A stretch of 64,000 bases of DNA from NCBI GenBank assembly GCA_963810275.1, contig CAWENF010000014.1, positions 64,001 through 128,000 on the forward strand, in the 5' to 3' direction. Origin of the DNA: an uncultured archaeon (lineage in GTDB: Archaea > Thermoproteota > Bathyarchaeia > Bathyarchaeales > Bathycorpusculaceae). A model generated the notes under the pieces. That model was not told the DNA's origin and made no database searches. It saw nothing but the letters and a program-made list of their open reading frames with translations. The translations under genes and the position numbers were made by a program. Shown here piece after piece: positions 59,184 through 64,000 of the stretch; the stretch's first letter is position 1, and the number at the start of each line of letters is the position of its first letter.

Positions 59184-61472
59184 CTATGGAGAGGTTATTC
59201 CGTGGTCTGCGTTGTATTGGTCCCAGTCGATTTCGTAGATTGCAATGATTGGAATCAACCCGCCGTAGGTAAGTGGTCCTACGTTTGTTCCTGCGAAGTA
59301 GGCTTCTTTAAAGTAGGTTGGCGCTGTAGCAAAGTATGAGGGCGTGAGGGTGTAAGTGCCTTGTGCGGTGATTCTGTTACAGTAGGTTACTTCAGCGAAA
59401 CTCATGAGTTCCTCAACCGTGCAGTTTAGGCCGCGTTCGTTCCATTCCCATCGGTTTGTATTAGGATTCGACTCTCCAAACGAGCTTTCGTTAGTCCACA
59501 TTTGAGATTCTGATATGAAGCCGTCTCTGACGAAGCGATCCTTATCTTGGCCTGAAATACGAGCCATCCAAACCCACTTACCCTCGTCACCGAAACCATA
59601 CGGGATGGTGATATACGAGTTTTCGCTGTCAGAGGCTTGACCACCAATACCCAACACCAAGAAGACAGCGATGTATTTAACACGGTCTTCCCCATATGTG
59701 GAGAGCATTTTCATTGTTTGATTCTCGTCGCTCATGAACATGAAACCGATATTGGCGATTTGGGTGCCGTTAACGGTGGTGTTATCCGCTAAGGTGGTTA
59801 CGTTTCCGAGGTCGCTCAGCCAGTTACCATAGTCCCACCACATCACAGCAACATCCGTGGGTTGGGCGTTATCTTTGAACCAGTTGACGGCGTCAAGCCA
59901 AGCTTCCACTGGAGATTTAAGATTTTCGCCGCCGACTGGCAAGCTTGAGGCGCTAATGGCGGTTGGCGTATATGCATTGCTTATCTGCCGGGGGATTCCG
60001 CCTGCCTGAGGCGAAAACGCAAAGTTTGAAATCAAGATTATGAACACGACAAGGATCGCTAAACCGCTATATTCCTTGCTTACGCGTATCATCTTACGTT
60101 TTGACTTAGCCATCGTCTTGGAGGATTCTTTGAGTAACTTGAAGAATGGAGTGAGTACACCCATTATGCCGATGCCTGCAATAATCGCGAATGCCGGTGC
60201 AAAGAGCACCAAGAGACGCACCATTGAGGTTGCGAAATATAACGATGTAGCTGCAAAAAGCAGCAGGAAAATGTTTCTGTTAGTTGGTTTGCGAAGCGTG
60301 AAGTACAAGCCGACTAGGAAGAACAGAATGCTTATACCCATTTCAAGGTAGAGGTTGCCCCAAGCGGAGATTCTCTGTTCAGCTACTGAGTCAACCAACG
60401 GTGAAGAAGCCCGGATGAAGGGGTTAAGTACTGTGATGAATTTGCCTGCGAGGGCTTCAAGGCTTCCTGTCGCCCAGAAAACTGCGAAACCAGCGATGAC
60501 TACTACGGCTGCAATAACGACCATGGCCAACTTGTTCTTTATGGATATATTGTTTCTAAGTAACTCCGCCAGTATGAGGACGACAAACACTGCTGCAACA
60601 GGAAGAATTGCGCCTGAAGTTAAATATTCTAAACCTATGTAGGGCACTTTGGTGCCTATCATAAGCGCTAATCCAAACGTGATGCTGTAGCTGATTAGCA
60701 TCCGCGGAGTATACCGTTTAAGCAGAACCAAAACGAACACGAATAGAGCTGCTAAGCCAATCACATAGTAGGCAGCTCCCCAGCCAGCAATGAAGTATGC
60801 TAAAGATAAACCCGCGAAAAGCGAATACATCAATGATCCCCTAAGGGAGCGGCCGCCGTCCATTGACCTTAGGAAGAAGAATATGAACAGAACTAGCCCC
60901 AACACACCAGGGATTTCTGTGTCGAAGAAGCCAAGGGAGCTTCTCTGCAGAAAGCTTGGTGCAAGAGCAAGGAATAAAGCTGCAAGTAAACCGACTGCGC
61001 GTCCACCTAAGTCTTTACCTATGAGATATAGGACAAAGCAGGCTACAACTGCGATGGCAGCTGGCAAAAGTGCACAGAAAGTCATCAAATCCATATGACC
61101 AAAAACTGAAGCGATGCTGTACAATACAGCGGCTGTCATGGGGAGGGCCGGCAGCGAATTGGACATATCTAGCCCGTTGGGGAACCACTTCATGGTGTCA
61201 ATCCAAGCAGTCGGGTAATAGGGTGAAAGCAGCCCGTTCTGCAGCATATGTTGGGTGATGCTGAACTGGTAGTAGGGGTCAAACTCGTTTAGGTAGGAGG
61301 TTCCAGCTGCGAGATTTTCCCACCGGAGCGGCAAAATTCGAACTGTGAATGCGACAAAGAGAATTAAAACCAAAGCAGTATAAGCGATGATTGTACCGTG
61401 ACTTACCTGTATTCCTAGCCTGTCGAAAACAGATGAGCTTTTGCCAAGCCGTTCTTTTAGTGTTTCCCCCAT
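59184..61472 (-). CDS. aglB: Oligosaccharyltransferase AglB/STT3
   Basis: EFDPY, RSSLGFFDTE, SVAEQ, WWDYG and DNTT motifs; many TM helices. Confidence 0.95.
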   Translation of the reverse strand: MGETLKERLGKSSSVFDRLGIQVSHGTIIAYTALVLILFVAFTVRILPLRWENLAAGTSYLNEFDPYYQFSITQHMLQNGLLSPYYPTAWIDTMKWFPNGLDMSNSLPALPMTAAVLYSIASVFGHMDLMTFCALLPAAIAVVACFVLYLIGKDLGGRAVGLLAALFLALAPSFLQRSSLGFFDTEIPGVLGLVLFIFFFLRSMDGGRSLRGSLMYSLFAGLSLAYFIAGWGAAYYVIGLAALFVFVLVLLKRYTPRMLISYSITFGLALMIGTKVPYIGLEYLTSGAILPVAAVFVVLILAELLRNNISIKNKLAMVVIAAVVVIAGFAVFWATGSLEALAGKFITVLNPFIRASSPLVDSVAEQRISAWGNLYLEMGISILFFLVGLYFTLRKPTNRNIFLLLFAATSLYFATSMVRLLVLFAPAFAIIAGIGIMGVLTPFFKLLKESSKTMAKSKRKMIRVSKEYSGLAILVVFIILISNFAFSPQAGGIPRQISNAYTPTAISASSLPVGGENLKSPVEAWLDAVNWFKDNAQPTDVAVMWWDYGNWLSDLGNVTTLADNTTVNGTQIANIGFMFMSDENQTMKMLSTYGEDRVKYIAVFLVLGIGGQASDSENSYITIPYGFGDEGKWVWMARISGQDKDRFVRDGFISESQMWTNESSFGESNPNTNRWEWNERGLNCTVEELMSFAEVTYCNRITAQGTYTLTPSYFATAPTYFKEAYFAGTNVGPLTYGGLIPIIAIYEIDWDQYNADHGITSP

Positions 61473-61676
61473 TTCTTAAGCCATCTCTATGTAATGTGCG
61501 AATTGTACTATTTTACACATTGCAGATTTATTTATGGCTTTCCAACCCATCATGGAGATGACTCAACCTTCTTAGAAGATTAATTAACAGGTTTAAACCA
61601 CACAAACATCAAATCAGAGATTATACCAGGAAAAAGCAGCTGCCCGCAAATTTAAATTAACCTAAACAAAAAGGAA

Positions 61677-61850
61677 TTAACGTCGTTTATTCACAGGCTT
61701 AACGTCAACATTCAGGGGCAACAAAGACAACTTGCGACCGCACTTGGGACATTTCCCGTTGTGTTGCTGAATAATCTCGTCAGGCGGTTTAAGCTCAGCC
61801 CCTTCATACAAAATATGGCTACACCCATGACAGACTACTTTTTGCGGCAT
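61677..61850 (-). CDS. Small zinc-finger protein (57 aa)
   Basis: Manual translation MPQKVVCHGCSHILYEGAELKPPDEIIQQHNGKCPKCGRKL...; two CxxC motifs and GGAG upstream. Confidence 0.85.
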   Translation of the reverse strand: MPQKVVCHGCSHILYEGAELKPPDEIIQQHNGKCPKCGRKLSLLPLNVDVKPVNKRR

Positions 61851-61983
61851 ACCCCATTACCTCCCTACATAGGAAGATATGGAATATTTAATGGTTGCTA
61901 AAACAGGCAGCGAAACCAACGGGTTTTGGCGCTAAAACCTTTTTAATTTCCCAAACCCCTGAGTGTGGCTGTGGAGCAAACCG

Positions 61984-64000
61984 TTGAGCAAATATACTTT
62001 ATTAATCACCGAAAAACCCGACGCAGCCGCCCGAATCGCTGCAGCACTTGACCAAAAAGGCAAACCGGAACGGAATCAGAAAAACGGTGTCCCTTACTTC
62101 CGAGTCTGGCGAAACGGCGAAATCGTGGTTGTTCCAGCAATTGGACACCTCTACACGATCAAAAGCATCAAAAAATCCAGCAGCTTCCCAGTTTTCGATT
62201 ACAAATGGGTACCTAGATGGCAGGCAGAAAAGAAGGCAAGCAGAATCCGCACGTGGCTAAAAGTTATCTCGGATTTGGCAATGGATGCGGAGAGGTTTGT
62301 GGACGGCTGCGACTTCGACACAGAAGGCAGCATCATAGGCTACACCATACTCAAGTATGCCTGCAGCGAAAAACAAACCGTGGCTAAGCGTATGAAGTAC
62401 TCCACTCTCACCACGGAGGAACTGCAGCAAGCCTACGCCAACCTTATGCCGCACCTGGACTTCGCAATTATTCAATCGGGTCTGACACGGCACGAAATCG
62501 ACTGGCTTTACGGGATAAACCTGTCGCGGGCGCTTACGCAGGCGGCTAAGAAAGCCAGCGGCAGCTACTCTACACTCAGCACGGGCAGGGTGCAGGGTCC
62601 CACATTACGGTTTTTGGAGGAACGCGAAAAAGAAATCTGCACATTCGTACCAGCGCCCTACTGGAAGCTAAAAGCCAAAATCACGTTGGGCGACAGAGAT
62701 TTCGACGCAGAGCACACTGGGACACTGCAGATTAAAGCTGAAGCCGAAGAGTTCAAACGGCAGTGCAAGATTAAAACGGGTAAAATCCAAATTGTAAAGG
62801 TCTCGGAAACGGACGTGTTGCCGCCTGTACCGTTTGATTTAGGGGCGCTGCAAAGCGAAGCATACAAACTCTTCCGGATTAACCCTGTGAAAACCAGCAG
62901 TATCCTTCAGCGCCTCTACATCAACGCAGTTATCTCTTATCCCCGTACAAGCAGTCAGAAGCTGCCAGCAAGCATCGGATACAAACAGATTCTAAAAAAA
63001 CTCACCTCAGACCTATCCTACAACAGAAACGCAACTGAATTACTTGCAAAACGCGATTTAAAACCAAACGAGGGCAAAAAATTCGACCCGGCCCACCCAG
63101 CCATCTACCCCACAGGTAACTTGCCGCAGAAACCCCTAGATGAATTGAGTAAAAAAGTATTTGATCTTGTTGTCAAACGTTTCATGGCTGTATTCGCTGA
63201 CCCAGCGGTGAGGCAAAACATTGAAGTCATAGTGGATCGTGAACGGTGTGCCTTTCCGTTTCGGGTTAGCGCGCACTCTCAGGGAGGGCTGGTACAGGTT
63301 TTATCAGCCGTACGTGCAGGTTAAAGACGACAAACTTCCCACCTTAATCGAAGGCACCACTGTGGATGTGAAGCGGGTGACTCTTAAGGAGCATTTTACG
63401 CAGCCTCCGCCCCGCTATAACCCTCGCAGTCTTCTTCAGAAAATGGAGAAAGAAGAAATCGGAACAAAAGCTACACGCGCCGCCATAATCCAGACGCTTC
63501 ATGATCGCAAGTATCTCACTGGAAGCGACAGTTTCTGTGTAAGCGGATTGGGGCTTGAAGTCACTGAGGTTTTAGAGAAAATTTGTCTTGAAGTGATTAG
63601 TTCAGATATGACGCGGGAACTGGAGCAAAAGATGGATGCCATACAGTCGGGAAGCGAAACTAAAGACGCCGTGCTTAAGAATGCTGTAGAGACGTTGCAG
63701 CACGTTCTGGCTGAGCTTAAGGACAAAGAAGATGTGGTTGGAGCCCAGTTGTCCGAGGCGGTTGTACGGGCGAGGCAAATGGAGCGCTCGGTCGGCAAAT
63801 GCCCCACATGTAAAGACGGAGAGCTAATGCTTATTCATTCTAAAAAGACCGGGAAACGTTTTGTTGGATGCAACAACTACTTCAACAGTAAATGCAGCAC
63901 CGCGTATCCGTTGCCACAGACAGGTACAATCAAGCCTTTGGCGGCCCAATGTAAAAGCTGCGGCGCTCCCGTGGTTTCGGTTTATTATGCAGCTCGAAAG
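61984..64000 (+). CDS. topA: DNA topoisomerase IA; 1-nt frameshift near 63235, runs off the window
   Basis: ITEKP, GHL, DFDTEG, STGRVQ, catalytic ISYPRT and AHPAIYPT. After the shift: TQPPPRY, IGTKATR and C-terminal Zn ribbons. Confidence 0.95.

Noticed and set aside
1-64000. CRISPR array, rRNA, integrase/transposase or defence system
   Set aside because: No regularly spaced repeats, rRNA-like tracts or corresponding protein motifs were seen by eye. Intron-containing tRNAs or small RNAs could have been missed.

Overview
A 64-kb archaeal chromosome segment, most consistent with Bathyarchaeia (TACK). That placement is inferred from a crenarchaeal-type PolB1, SMC-ScpAB, a eukaryote-like AglB and a large PQQ-type beta-propeller surface protein. 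Most of the window is housekeeping: aIF5B, eno-rps2-MEMO1, most of the archaeal (Aeropyrum-type) mevalonate/isoprenoid pathway, gltX, SRP19, smc-scpA-scpB, the rps13-rps4-rps11-rpoD-rpl18e-rpl13-rps9-rpoN operon, the proteasome/exosome operon, polB1, aglB-aglH and topA. Accessory pieces are interspersed: signalling genes, decayed surface-protein genes and a membrane-anchored multicopper oxidase. Highlights are (1) an Acinetobacter-type bifunctional mannitol-1-phosphate dehydrogenase/phosphatase, implying possible mannitol osmolyte synthesis in an archaeon; (2) a displaced mevalonate kinase resembling trypanosomatid MVK; (3) a catalytically dead RadA paralog and a DUF488 protein that both end in PCNA-interaction (PIP)-like motifs; and (4) a surface laccase-like oxidase. 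Single-base frameshifts in essential genes (rpl13, topA, PMDh) suggest assembly indel errors. No rRNA, tRNA, CRISPR array or transposase was recognised. All family assignments come from motif recognition and recall, not from database searches.
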